DNA of 64,000 nucleotides from Cirrosporium novae-zelandiae. Lineage: Eukaryota. Below, piece after piece: positions 28,650 through 40,268 of the stretch (position 1 is the first letter of the stretch; the number at the start of each line of letters is the position of its first letter). Where the stretch lies: the NCBI GenBank assembly GCA_026023565.1, contig JAPETS010000002.1:682001-746000 (forward strand), in the 5' to 3' direction. The translations under genes were made by a program, and so were the position numbers. The notes beneath the pieces are model-generated. The model was given only the letters and a program-made list of their open reading frames with translations. It had not been told where the DNA came from and searched no databases.

Positions 28650-29036
28650 AGAAGGTAGGGAAGAAGGGGATACCCTATAGACTAGAGCACATGGATGAGT
28701 TATGATATCTACAATTTACATACAGGAGAGCTTTACATAAATAAGGTGAGACTTTGATTAATTACTATATATTGATGTTGTTACTCGACACAGGGATGAG
28801 CTTGACAAGGCTATAAATACTTATAGGAAATTTAACCAATAATATTGCGTACATTGCTTCTAGATTTGATAGTTTGATTATTTTAATGCCTATATCCAAT
28901 TCTCATCTCACCGTTACTACTGTAATTCTATGACTCTCAGTCCTATAAACAATAAAAGAAAAAGGCTGAAAATTCTCACTTTCAACTTATCATCTTTCAG
29001 ATCAGATGAGGGTTTCCGCTTTTCCCGCATTTCAAA

Positions 29037-32000
29037 ATGACTCAACAGTGCCAACTTCCTACAAGCTATGGGCTAGCTGAAAAGCTCATTTGCCTAACTT
29101 ATCAAGTACGTTTATCCTCAGCATCTAAATATTACTCGATCTTGATTTTCATCAGGAGATAATTCCCTGTTATGCTATTGATCTACCACCCGAACTTGGT
29201 ACCGACAAGTACGAGTGGACTCTACTACGGAATAAAATCCAATCGAACGAACTCATACGAGATCTTCTTATGCGTGTTCATTCAGACCTTCGGGCTGGGA
29301 GTGAGCACCAGCTTGCTCACTGGCAGTTCATTGCTGATCTTGACAATTACGTCCCTCTTGGGATTCTTAGAATTGAAGGCCTGCAAAATTATGCTACCAT
29401 CGGTAATATGAGGTTGCGCATTTCACCATTATACGCACATCCGGAGGGAAATGATATCTGGACAGAGCTTAACCATAAGGAGCTCGGTACGTTGGTGGAC
29501 AGGATCAAGTCCAGCCCTAAGGAGGGTTCCTGTATCTCAATCTACACATGTGAAGCGCTCATCCATCTCAAAAAGGCAAACTGGATTCGAATATTTTATA
29601 GACCGCATCCAATGTCAGATGCAATGGCTAGCCTAAGAGTCTATTTCTTGCCAACCGATTGTGGACAGCGCTTCGTGACCGACAGGCGGAATTCAAAATT
29701 TGTAAGATATGTACGACATGTGTTAGAAGAGATCGATACCGCTCTGGAATCATGGGTTGGTTGTTTTAATCCGTCTTCTATACTCAAACCATTCTTCAGC
29801 CCACCTGCAGGAGAACAAGAGTCACTTTTCTATATCTTCAACACCTTATCATCTCCCTCCCCCTCACCTAATAATGTAAATAGTCCATACGCAACAGATG
29901 CTATGCTTAACTGCCTGGAGGATGGAATTGCGATTGAAGGCTTAAAGACTAAACTTTACCCATACCAACGTCGTTCTGCCGCTTCCATGATTCAACGTGA
30001 GAGTCTTCCAGCAAAGAGTTCGGATCCGAGATTTGAAAAGTGTGTGGGCCCAAGTGGTAGCACATTTTACTTCGACCGACAGACGACTATTATCCTCAAG
30101 CACAGACCTACATACGAGGATGCACGTGGTGGTATCTTGGCGGAGACCATGGGCTATGGCAAAACACTCATCACGTTGGCTGTGATTCTTGCCACCAAAG
30201 GTCATTTCCCCGAGATTCCGCCTCAATATGTTGATGAAAGCCCACTCCCACGACCGAAGACGGCTTCACTATTAGAAATGGCGGCTACCTGTATAAAAGC
30301 ACATAGTATCCCGTGGAGACCATGGTTTCAAAAACTTGAGGACCAGACCGGTACTTCATATAGTAGCTGTATAGAAGCTCTCGAACAAAGGGTTTGCTCT
30401 TACGAACTTCGAATAACTTCAAATGATCCAGCTAGACGGAGCAAACGAGCGCCGATGGCTGCATGTCAATTGATAAAGATGTGCTCAACCACAATTATCG
30501 TCGTTCCTCCAAGTTTACTTGTGCAGTGGCAGAGTGAAATTATGAAACATACAGAAGGTCTTCGCGTTCTCGTAATGAATTCTCTTTCCACCAATACTCC
30601 TCCAGCCGATGAGATAAGTCGATATGACATCATTCTCTTTTCGAAAAATCGATTCGATGCCGAATTTAACTCCGGTCATCGGAATCTACAATACCAGCTA
30701 TTAAATAAAGCATCTCACGCCAGCCCTCTCTACAGTCTCCATTTTCTACGTATCGTCATTGATGAGGGTCATGGTTTTGCCTCTACTAATACCTCTTCGG
30801 TACTGCTCATGGAAAACCTCCATGTACAAAGTCGATGGATTGTCAGTGGGACTCCCTCGAATAAGATGATAGGAGCCGAAGTTGGACTTGCTGCATATGA
30901 GACCAATGAAGTTGCTGCTTCTTCATCCTTGGGTGTCAATCAAGTGCTTCAGAATAGAAAAATTAGCGTACTTGACAACCAGGAAAAGAAAGAGCTCCAG
31001 AAACTAGGGACACTGGCCCAGAATTTCTTCAAGATTCAACCGTGGTCAAATTTGAATTCTGACACAGCATCCTGGCAAAAGTATATCCTGCCCACAGATG
31101 CTACAGGCAATAGACAAAAGGCTGTGTATTTGAGACGAGTATTGGAAGGACTTTTGGTACGTCATACCTGGTCAGACATTGAAAAGGAGCTTCCACTTCC
31201 TCAACTTTACAACAACATCGTGTACCTTGAACCTTCATTCTATGATAAGCTCTCTCAAAACTTATTCGTTGTTAATTTAACATCAAACGCGATTACTTCG
31301 GAAAGAGTTGATAGAGATTACATGTTCCACCCAGCAAATAGACAATACTTGAAGACTCTAATATCCAATTTAAGACACTCTGGATTCTGGTGGTGCGCAT
31401 TCTCCGAAGAAAGCGTGCAGGAGACGCTTCGGGTAAGCAGAGTGTATCTCGAAAAACAAGATAAAGTCTTAAGTCAAGCAGACAAACAGCTTTTGATAAA
31501 TGCAATTGCGATTGGGGAGAAGGCGTTGAGTTCTCTAGGCTGGAACGCATTCTTCCAATTAGGAGAAATTGGCGTGTTCGTTGACGACTTTCCAGAAAAC
31601 GCCAAAGCCCCGTGGGCTCTTCCTGGCTCCACAAATTCTATGCTTCTTGGAACAACCAAAGCAAGAGAAGCCCAAAAGTTCGTTGACAATCAGCTGTATG
31701 CTCTAGATCCATTCAATGGCCTTTTAGAGCAGGGAGAAACCGTTATGGGCAATGCATGGAGAGCTGGTCCTGACCCAAAAATACGTGATATTGAGGGGAA
31801 ACAGAATGATAGAGTTCCAGGGGTATGTAAGGTTGCTATTACAGAGGGACAAGTGACACGAAATCCAATTCTGGATGCATCTCGCCGTAGGCGGCTCCAG
31901 GGAGCCTTCGTTCCATCAGCCACGACGAGGTCAAAAGCTAAGGCTAAGCGTAGCTCGGGTGGTCCCCCTGTTATTTTAAAAGGAATCAACATTCCCTGGA

Positions 32001-33352
32001 GTCCAAAAATACAGAAATCAGCCCTCAAAAAATCCAAAGCGACTAATGTTCCACAAGTATCTCCGTTTATTACCAAACCTAAGATTGTCGGTACTTCTTC
32101 TGCAAAACTTAGTTACTTGATCGACCGTGTTCTTGTTTTACAGGAAGAAGAGAAAATCATCATATTTTACGAGGACAACAACATCGCCTTCTGGCTCGCT
32201 GAAGCTTTAGAGCTTGTCAGCATCAAATTTCTGATTTACGCTGGTACCCTGACGTGGCAGCTGCGAGCCGAGTACCTGGAGACTTTCAACAAGCCAGAAT
32301 CAGAGTTTAAGGTTTTGATCATGGATCTTGGTCAAGCAGCTCATGGGTTACATATTGCCAGTGCTTCAAGGATATTTTTTGTCAATCCAGTTTGGCAATC
32401 GAACATCGAAGGTATGTCTTATAAGAACTTCGCCGGACCGCCCCCAGCCGGCATATTTACGTCTCCTGTCTAGTATATCTCTTGTCTCGCACATATAGCT
32501 AATCTCAAATTGCTAATAGCACAAGCAATAAAGCGTGCACATCGAATTGGCCAAACTCGTCCAGTGTACGTCGAAACCCTTGTCCTCCGCGATACTCTCG
32601 AACATAAAATGCTACAACGCCGCAATGTCATGACAGCGTATGAAAGCGAACATGCAAAAGATAGTTTACTAGATGACGTCACTATGGAACATGTTATCCA
32701 GGAACAAGAATTTATCCCATTTGCTAATGGCGATGAAGGAATGGAAGAACAGATGGCGAGGTTGAATGTTCCACAGCAGCTGTTTGGGAGGTTTCTAGGA
32801 GTTGAGGAAACGACAGGAAGAGTGAGGAAAAGTAGTAATGATGGTCGCTCATTTGGCAGCCCTAAAAAGAAGAGGGCAAAAGTGACATTTCCATCCCTAA
32901 GTGATACCCAAAATCTTGATGTTGAAGTCAAACAATTTGGCTTACCACAGTCTCCCCTACATAGACGGTCAAACTCCAAGGCTAAGAAATTGGCCCGCTT
33001 CCAAAATCCAAGTGAAAGCATGGAACTGGATACCCAATTCTCTCCTTCTTCATTTACACCATCTTCCCTGCAATCTTTATCCTCATCCACTCCAGGGCAA
33101 CGTCACACTACCCCTGAATCCTACGACCTTACATCACAGCACGCACAAACCCGAGATGTATACATGCAAGATGGAGAAGAACTACCGCCTTTGTCGCCGA
33201 GCTCGCTTTTCGGCGGCAAGCCCAATAAGCCATCGCTACCCCCTCTTGCTCCTCCTAATGCTCCGTCTGCGAGAGAAATGGCCCAGAGAGTTAGATCTCC
33301 AACTGCTCCTAAAGGCAATAGCTATCTAAATGAATTCGATGGGAACGAGTAG
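29037..33352 (+). CDS. SNF2-family helicase/ATPase (Rad5/Rad16-like group)
   Basis: LYPYQ, GGILAETMGYGKT (motif I), IVIDEGH (II), WIVSGTP (III), AAHGLHI (V), EAQAIKRAHRIGQ (VI). Introns 29106-29155 and 32412-32519 keep the frame. Confidence 0.9.
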
Positions 33353-33808
33353 ATGATAATCAGGACGAATTCTTACGATGGCCAAGGAGCCATGAAGTAG
33401 AGTCACTGATGAACATGGTGTAAGCCTTTTTTTCAAAGATATAGACGTATTTTTTTTTCAGCCTGCATTACTGTTTTTAGCTTTATGATACCCTTTTTAA
33501 TTCATTATGAGATGAACTAACTATGGGTTTGGCTGGGTTATCAAGAATATGGTCCCAGGGGGTCTAGATATGTTTTTGTATGCGCTCCGCCTTGTATTAT
33601 ATTGCTAATAAACGTGATAATAGATCAATGAAAGCAAGTATTTAAAAATAGCACACCCACAGCACCCACTATACAGGGAAATACACCTTGGTAGAAAGCT
33701 GCATTATTTTGTTAAAAGGACTCAAATCTCTTTTCCAACTCCAATGAAACTCTAACACAACCAACCCCCTACAAACATCCAATCCCCCCCCCCCCAAAAA
33801 AAACCCTC

Positions 33809-34606
33809 CTATCTCGTCGACCTTTCCACCGCCCTCTCAAAACACCCCTCCCGCTCCCTCACCGTCATTAACCCCACCGCCCACGCACTCCCCCCCAGCA
33901 ACACATTCTCAGCTCCTCTTCCCCTTCCATTTCTATTTCTATTTCTACTACTCCTCCTCTTCCCTGCCAACAACATCTCCTTCAACTTCCGATCCACGTC
34001 CTCGAATTCCTGCCACATGAGCGTGGCGCACGGGATGGAATTTAGAGGTGTTTGAATGTCGGGGACGCAGGTGTCTGTGAATTGGAGCTTTTTGGTTGTG
34101 CGTAGGAATCGGAGGGGTTGGGTTATTAGGGTTAGATCGGGTAGTTGGGGTTGTTGTTGGAGTGTGGGTGTGGGTGTGGGTGGTGGTTCCCCTCCCGTTG
34201 TTGTTCTTCTTGATGATGTTGTTTTCTCTTTGAATGGAGGAAATGTCCTTCTGAGCCCATCGGCCCACCGTTTGGTATCTCTCCACACATCAAGGCTGGA
34301 CCTATTATTATTATCCCCATCATCATCATCATCTCTACCACCCAGCGAGACGAGCACATCCGGTCTCCATTTCCATTTGCTCGACCAGCATTTGTCCATT
34401 ACTAGGTCTACGAATTCGAGAACCTTGGCGCGGAGGGAGAGGAGGGAGCGCGCGTGCGCGGTTCGTGCTGTTTTGTGGGGGATTAGAGGGGGCGCGTGGA
34501 TTATTAGGTGGATGTGGGTTATTGTGGGGATTAGAGGGGTGGTAGGGGTGAGGGAGGGGGAGATGTTGGTGGGGGTTATCGTTATGGTGAGGTGGGTTGG
34601 GGGCAT
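33809..34606 (-). CDS. Hypothetical protein, 265 aa, with low-complexity insertions
   Basis: Open ATG-to-stop frame. Globular-looking segments (IHLIIHAPP, LRAKVLEFVDLV, LITQPLRFLR) alternate with poly-D, N, T, PT and Q tracts. No family recognised. Confidence 0.55.
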   Translation of the reverse strand: MPPTHLTITITPTNISPSLTPTTPLIPTITHIHLIIHAPPLIPHKTARTAHARSLLSLRAKVLEFVDLVMDKCWSSKWKWRPDVLVSLGGRDDDDDGDNNNRSSLDVWRDTKRWADGLRRTFPPFKEKTTSSRRTTTGGEPPPTPTPTLQQQPQLPDLTLITQPLRFLRTTKKLQFTDTCVPDIQTPLNSIPCATLMWQEFEDVDRKLKEMLLAGKRRSSRNRNRNGRGRGAENVLLGGSAWAVGLMTVREREGCFERAVERSTR

Positions 34607-35130
34607 AGCCTATTTGTTTGTTGGATGGTTGGTTGGTTGGTTGGTTGATATAGGGAGTGGGTTTGCATAAGTTATTCGTAGGTAATTTTAATGGTCGTTA
34701 GTGGTGTTGTGAGTGACTGACTAGGATCATCAGGTCTGGGAAAAGGAGGAAACTAGAATATAAAGCGTTGTCGCGCTGTTTTTTAATATGCCAATAGGCA
34801 TAGATGAATGGATAGATTTAAGAACACAGATCCCAAAAGCTTTCGATATTGTTCTTGAACCAGCATACAAAGTCATAGTAATATTGTCCAACGTTTCAAC
34901 AGCACGATCATTCTAGAATATTATAACGGACAAAGAAAAACCAATTTCGAACAGCCCCCTCTCCGCTGATCTGAGTTTTACTGGTAATAGCATAATATTC
35001 TCAGCTAAGCCCCCGGAACTGGGTTGGTTACTTTATGAGGAATAGAAGATCATTGTAGATATTAAACAGTAGTGGATTATATTTCTTCGAGTGACAGGAG
35101 AAGAACACTGATACCAGTGTGACCAATCAC

Positions 35131-35160
35131 TAGCGCTCTTGGGAATCGAACCCAACCTGG
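35131..35160 (-). other. tRNA-like 3' half (T arm/B box plus acceptor 3' strand), no 5' half found
   Basis: The minus strand reads CCAGG TTGGG-TTCGATT-CCCAA GAGCGCT A: a perfect 5-bp T stem and a B box matching GGTTCGATTCC. Confidence 0.4.
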
Positions 35161-35775
35161 TATTTATGGCATCCAACAATAGGTACTTCGGGGTCCTATC
35201 AATATAATGGTATTTCTAATGACTATGGTTTCAAAAGTAAGAAATAGAAGTTGATAGTATACGTATAGTCATAAATTGGAATGAAAGGATAAAAATCAAC
35301 GGTAGCCGAAGCCATTCCGAGACCTGAGCCGCTTAACGTTCATGGCTTGTTCGCTATTAGTAACACTCCTGGGTTGCAACAAACATTAGAGCTTCGAGTA
35401 TGACACAAACACAAATAGGAGAAAGAAGTTCTCACGATATAAGGACATGAAACAAAAACACCCAACCAGCCCAATGATGAGCCAGCTGTGCGATACGTTA
35501 TGGACACGTAGGCATGATCTCTACAAAGGTTCTTGAGACCTATTATATCTGTTCAATCAAGTGAAACCTATTGATCATCGCTAGACCAGCTAAATTAGCA
35601 CTCGTGGCATCTTAAAAATGGCCAGCTCGGTCGCCTTGAAGGACTTATCCTAGAGCCTTAAATCAAGCCAGAAATACCAACATACTATGTAGTAAAACCA
35701 AATCCATCGAAGCTGGATTCTACTCCTTAGGCTAAGTGCCTATGGGCCAATCTCGAGTCAACCTCAGGTCTTGAT

Positions 35776-36075
35776 TCAATTGTCTTCAGCTATTATTTCC
35801 TCCCCGTAATTCTCTTCTTCCTCAACCTCAACTTGCAGCTGTTTGTTTGACCCAGCCGCCTTTGTGTCTTCCATTTTTTGTGTTAACAGGGTGTTTATAT
35901 CCCCTTGTAGTTTGACCACGGATTCCCGTAGCTCAGCCAGGTATGCAGTCTTCTCTTCGATATTGGAGGGGGTTGAAGTGTTGGAGAGCGGATAGGTGAA
36001 GAGTTTGGAGTCAGTGGGAGAAGCGTAGGTAGCCTTAAGGGTAGGTTGAGACGAAGAAGAATGTTGAGATGACAT
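35776..36075 (-). CDS. GON7: EKC/KEOPS complex subunit Gon7/Pcc2
   Basis: 99 aa with LKATYASP, KTAYLAELRESVVKLQGDINTLLTQKMED and C-terminal EEENYGEE. Confidence 0.88.
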   Translation of the reverse strand: MSSQHSSSSQPTLKATYASPTDSKLFTYPLSNTSTPSNIEEKTAYLAELRESVVKLQGDINTLLTQKMEDTKAAGSNKQLQVEVEEEENYGEEIIAEDN

Positions 36076-36698
36076 CGTCGAGGTTGGTTAGTTGATGAGA
36101 AGTCTGGTTTGGCTGCGGAGAAGGATTTTCAACTTAATATTTTGAGTTGTTTTCTGTGGCTGTGCAAGAAGTAAGAAATACTTTACGTATAGTACTTCTT
36201 ATGTAAAGTACCTAGGTAAGGTATAGCTAGATATGCACTTATACAAGCTTGTTTCAGCCTAAGGCTTGATGTGGCACGTGCCCTGGTGATCATATACCTT
36301 AATTAGTATAGTACTGTAATTATGTTTGTTTGTATGTTTGTGTTTGTATGTTCGTATGTATGTGTGTATGTATCGTCTTGTACCTTTTATTAGATTGAGA
36401 TTGAATCTTTCGGCCTTTCCGACTTCGCGGCTATGAAACCACTTTCCCATCTTTCATCTTTCATCTCCCCATCTCCCATCTCCCCATCTTAGCTGTCCCT
36501 AGTTCTTCCAATGATGCTACCTGGAGTAGATCATTGTCGCCTTTTTTATGATAAATGAAATAAATATTTCCCCCAACATCATAATAAATTATTACCCATC
36601 CGTTATATGATTTGTCGCTGAACTCTATCTTGCATCCCGCATCCCGCATCCCGCAGTTGTTTCACCACACAGCTACTTGTTGACAATCTCATGTAAAG

Positions 36699-39281
36699 AT
36701 GGATTCTTCAACCCATCGAAGGACCGGTAGCCGCTCGCCTCTTCCTCCCAAACCTCCAGCTTCTCCGCCAGCTTCTTCTTCCTCTACTCATTCCCAACGA
36801 AACCAATCCCCATTTAGCGAGTCGTCTGAGTCGTCTCAAGCTACCATTTCATCCGCGGGCAGACGCCCAGTTTACACCCAACAAACAGGTCAATACAACA
36901 TCAATACTTCAATCCCCAATTTCTCCCGTCCATCTAACCATTCAAACGAAGGAACCATAAGGAAAACCTCGCCATTCCCCCCATCCATCGAGTTACAGAG
37001 ACATCGCCCAAGGCAACATTCCCAGGGCTTTTTCGAACCATCTTTACCCTCGGCATCTTTGACGGATCACAACCATATGGGTGCTCTTTCAGCTTCTCAA
37101 ATCGCAGCGCAAGCTGCTATGCAGCATCATCCATCTCTTCAACATATGAGGAAGCGATCGCAAACAGTTCCAAATCCTAGTGATCCTCTCGAGCCTTCAA
37201 ATAGCCGTTCTGTGTCTACTAGCACTTCTACATTACATGTCCCAACAGCAAATGCAAGCCCTCATCCAGGATATCATAATGGTTTGCCAGGAGGGAATAA
37301 GCTCGCTGCTACTACGGCCGCCAATATCGCATTCCCTCGAACAGTATCGCCAAACCCTCCTGTGGAGCCTGTAGCGGAGAAAGAACCAAAACCAAAGTCT
37401 GAAAAGTCCAAAATGAAACTATTCAGTAAACCAAAACATATCGGAATATACAGAGATAAAGATGCTGGGAGCAGAGAAAGGCCGCCATATTCTCCAAGTA
37501 AAATAAGCTTCACCCGACCTAGTGGACTCTCAACAATGGTAAATGCTTCATCCACCAGCCTAGTAGATACATTGAATACGAGTGGAGCGCCATCATTATA
37601 TGCATCTGCAAATAGTTCCACTACGGCTTTGGGGCAACCTGAACGCCCCGGAACAGCTGACAGAGAAAAGTCCCATAAACACCATTTCTTAACTCGCCAA
37701 AAACTCAAACTAAAAGACAAAGAGGAGAGGCATTTGGCACTGTCCTCTGCATCCAGCAATTCAAAGCCAGTTGATCCCAATGCTCCTCAGTCCCTCTATT
37801 CCTTCGCACCTAGTTCCCCCGGTCCATCTACTACCTCTTTCGCAAAATCTATGAGCGGTCTTGATCTCCGACATGGAGGTAAAGCACTTCGAGACAAGCG
37901 CAAAGAAGAAAAGGCAGCCCTAGCTGTTTCGTTCGAGCCGCCGCCTCCCCGTGATAGCGAAGACGGACACAGTCGTTCCTTAGACTGGCCCGTCGGTCCC
38001 AGCAGCAGCAGTATTATGTCCGCCCCCTTCCTAACATCCCCGGCAATCCAAGCAGCCCCTTCTATCATGACTCCCACCTCTTCTGGCGTTGATTTCCTTA
38101 CCAGCACTTCTCTACAGGGGTTTGGAATCAACAACATGACGCCTGATGACGTATGGGATTTCTTAAAAGCGAAACTTTTGATCATCTTTTCGGGTGAAGA
38201 TGTCCGGATTGCCGTCGAAGATCTCAATCGTCTTGTTCTTGTCTATGTCCAACGTTGTATTCAAAAAGCAAACCCGTTTACCATCATTGAAGATTTGCGC
38301 GACCTTTTCGACACCGGCTTCAGATCTTTAAACCAAGCACTCCGCAATCCGCCTTCACCCCCGCATGCGACGCCAACTAACCAACCACAAGACCAGCTCA
38401 TACCTCTTCTTGTTGATATGTGGCTCTTCGTATTTGGGACTGTTCTTCCATTCATGCAGGCTGTTTTTCTTCCTCTTGACCTTGAATTCAAAGGACACGG
38501 CTCTCTCATGACCTCCCAGGAGGCCATCGATTTCTGGGGCTCTACCCGTTCTATCAAAACTTTTGATGCCGAAACGCCGACTTCGCCATCCGAAACAGTC
38601 CCTCAACACCCCTTTGGTGAAGATTTCTCCACACGCCGCCTCTTGCTTCTTTCGTTTCGGGATACAATCATCCTCCCCCGACATACGGCTCTAAAAACTA
38701 CATTCTCCCGCCTTTCTCTAGAATCGCTTTCCTTAGATTCATCTTCTAACGTCCTAGGAAGTAATGTGGACATACCAACCTCACCTACATCAAGGCCGAG
38801 TACTGCAACATCCACCTCCCTAGACCCTCATCTCGCCTCATTCAACTCCCAAGGCAGCACACTTCTGGGCTCAACCTCTCCATCTACAATTCTTCCCTCT
38901 AGCAATAGTGTCTCTCACCACCGCTCTCGTGCGCAATCCAACTTAAGCCAATCATCCAACCCCTCTAATCACATATACCCTCTCCCCTCCACAACTCCGC
39001 AATCCCTCGACGCCTCCAAGAAAATCACCGAAACAGTTGCCCGCACCTTGCAACTCCTGTCCATTCTCGCAGGCCTGCAGTCGGGAGATGAATCCCAGAT
39101 GGCAATCGAGAGTCTAGGCCGTGAGTTAAAGCACAACTGGCTAGGGAGGGGCCGTACCGGACGAAATCGGAGGGGCTGGGTCGGGAGTAGAGTTAAGGCA
39201 GGTCATATGTACGCTAGCAGTGTGGTGGGTCAAGGAAATGGACAGATGCCGAAATGGGGTACCGTGGGGGGTATGTTATAA
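36699..39281 (+). CDS. HbrB-domain protein (Bit61/PRR5/Protor family, TORC2-associated)
   Basis: Ser/Pro-rich N-terminus, then WDFLKAKLLIIFSGEDVRIAVEDLNRLV, WLFVFGTVLPFMQAVFLPLDLEF, FRDTIILP and NWLGRGRTGRNRRG. Single exon. Confidence 0.88.
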   Translation: MDSSTHRRTGSRSPLPPKPPASPPASSSSTHSQRNQSPFSESSESSQATISSAGRRPVYTQQTGQYNINTSIPNFSRPSNHSNEGTIRKTSPFPPSIELQRHRPRQHSQGFFEPSLPSASLTDHNHMGALSASQIAAQAAMQHHPSLQHMRKRSQTVPNPSDPLEPSNSRSVSTSTSTLHVPTANASPHPGYHNGLPGGNKLAATTAANIAFPRTVSPNPPVEPVAEKEPKPKSEKSKMKLFSKPKHIGIYRDKDAGSRERPPYSPSKISFTRPSGLSTMVNASSTSLVDTLNTSGAPSLYASANSSTTALGQPERPGTADREKSHKHHFLTRQKLKLKDKEERHLALSSASSNSKPVDPNAPQSLYSFAPSSPGPSTTSFAKSMSGLDLRHGGKALRDKRKEEKAALAVSFEPPPPRDSEDGHSRSLDWPVGPSSSSIMSAPFLTSPAIQAAPSIMTPTSSGVDFLTSTSLQGFGINNMTPDDVWDFLKAKLLIIFSGEDVRIAVEDLNRLVLVYVQRCIQKANPFTIIEDLRDLFDTGFRSLNQALRNPPSPPHATPTNQPQDQLIPLLVDMWLFVFGTVLPFMQAVFLPLDLEFKGHGSLMTSQEAIDFWGSTRSIKTFDAETPTSPSETVPQHPFGEDFSTRRLLLLSFRDTIILPRHTALKTTFSRLSLESLSLDSSSNVLGSNVDIPTSPTSRPSTATSTSLDPHLASFNSQGSTLLGSTSPSTILPSSNSVSHHRSRAQSNLSQSSNPSNHIYPLPSTTPQSLDASKKITETVARTLQLLSILAGLQSGDESQMAIESLGRELKHNWLGRGRTGRNRRGWVGSRVKAGHMYASSVVGQGNGQMPKWGTVGGML

Positions 39282-39844
39282 TTTAGGCAAGTGAGGTGAA
39301 GCAGTGCAGAGTAGATCAATGTGGTTTCAAGTAAGCGGTGTATACGTGGATAGAGACAAAAAGACAAACTGGGCGTTTGAGTTTGGATTCGGATTTGAAT
39401 TTGGGCTTTGGCCTGGCGGTCTGGGATTTAATGGGAGCCCTTGTATTTCAAACAAGCTGGGAAGGAAAGCATCTGGATGGTGTGTACGGTACGGTACGGT
39501 ATGGTATATGTCGAGAGCCCAAAGGCTCCGTCAAATCGGAAAATCAATGTATTGTTAACAAGGTTGGGTTGAGCTGACTATGATGGAACGGATGGAATGG
39601 ATAAGGTGGGTAGGTATACCCGATGAGACGAGATTGAATCTTTCCCCCCCCCCAAAAAAGAGAGCGCATAATGTGCAATGTGCAAATGCAAAACGCGATT
39701 TGTACAACCGTGAACGGAATATATCATGCAAGAATTCGGGATTCCCTTTTTTGCCCTGGCTCCCCGCCCAATTTAGGATTAATCACTTTTATTCTCAGGA
39801 AGCATCTGTAATCACCATGCATGCGTAGAAACATATGTTCACGT

Positions 39845-39862
39845 GAAAGGAAATTTCCTTTC
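39845..39862. repeat. 18-bp perfect palindrome between convergent genes
   Basis: GAAAGGAAATTTCCTTTC is self-complementary and overlaps a TTCACGTGAA E-box. Confidence 0.85.
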
Positions 39863-40268
39863 GTACGTTGTTTAAAGTGTACAGAAGTTAGAAGCGTGGT
39901 TAGTAGCCACTGAGGAAGTCCACTCGGTTGAAAGATCGAATTTCATTACAGAGGACCGACCTTTCACTGCGGTATTTGGTAAAGGTATAATAAATAATTA
40001 ATGCAACCAATCAAGCAAATGACGTTTATGAAATAGGAAAACAGGACAAGTTTTAAAATCATAGTTTGTTCGAATTAAGTTAGTATGTTAACGACAAAAA
40101 AAAGAATATATCGATGCTACATATAATAAAGTATATACAACATGAAATGAGGGTATCTAACTATCTATGAAAAAAAAATAGTTTTAAACTCCATCCCTTA
40201 TACCTTGGCCATTTGTCTGTCCTTTCTACCCTTCATTTCTTTTGCTTTCAAGAAAAGTATGCTCGCTT

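Noticed and set aside
34126..34135. TTAGGGTTAG as a telomerase RNA template or telomere seed
   Set aside because: It is a single 10-mer inside an open frame (PDLTLIT) in G/T-skewed sequence, with no pseudoknot or CR4/5 element recognised.
39890..39970. CTGAGGA...GAAA as a hammerhead ribozyme, or GAGGAAGTCC as RNase P/MRP RNA
   Set aside because: Stem II is weak, there is no UH cleavage site with a stem III, and no P4 partner strand was found.
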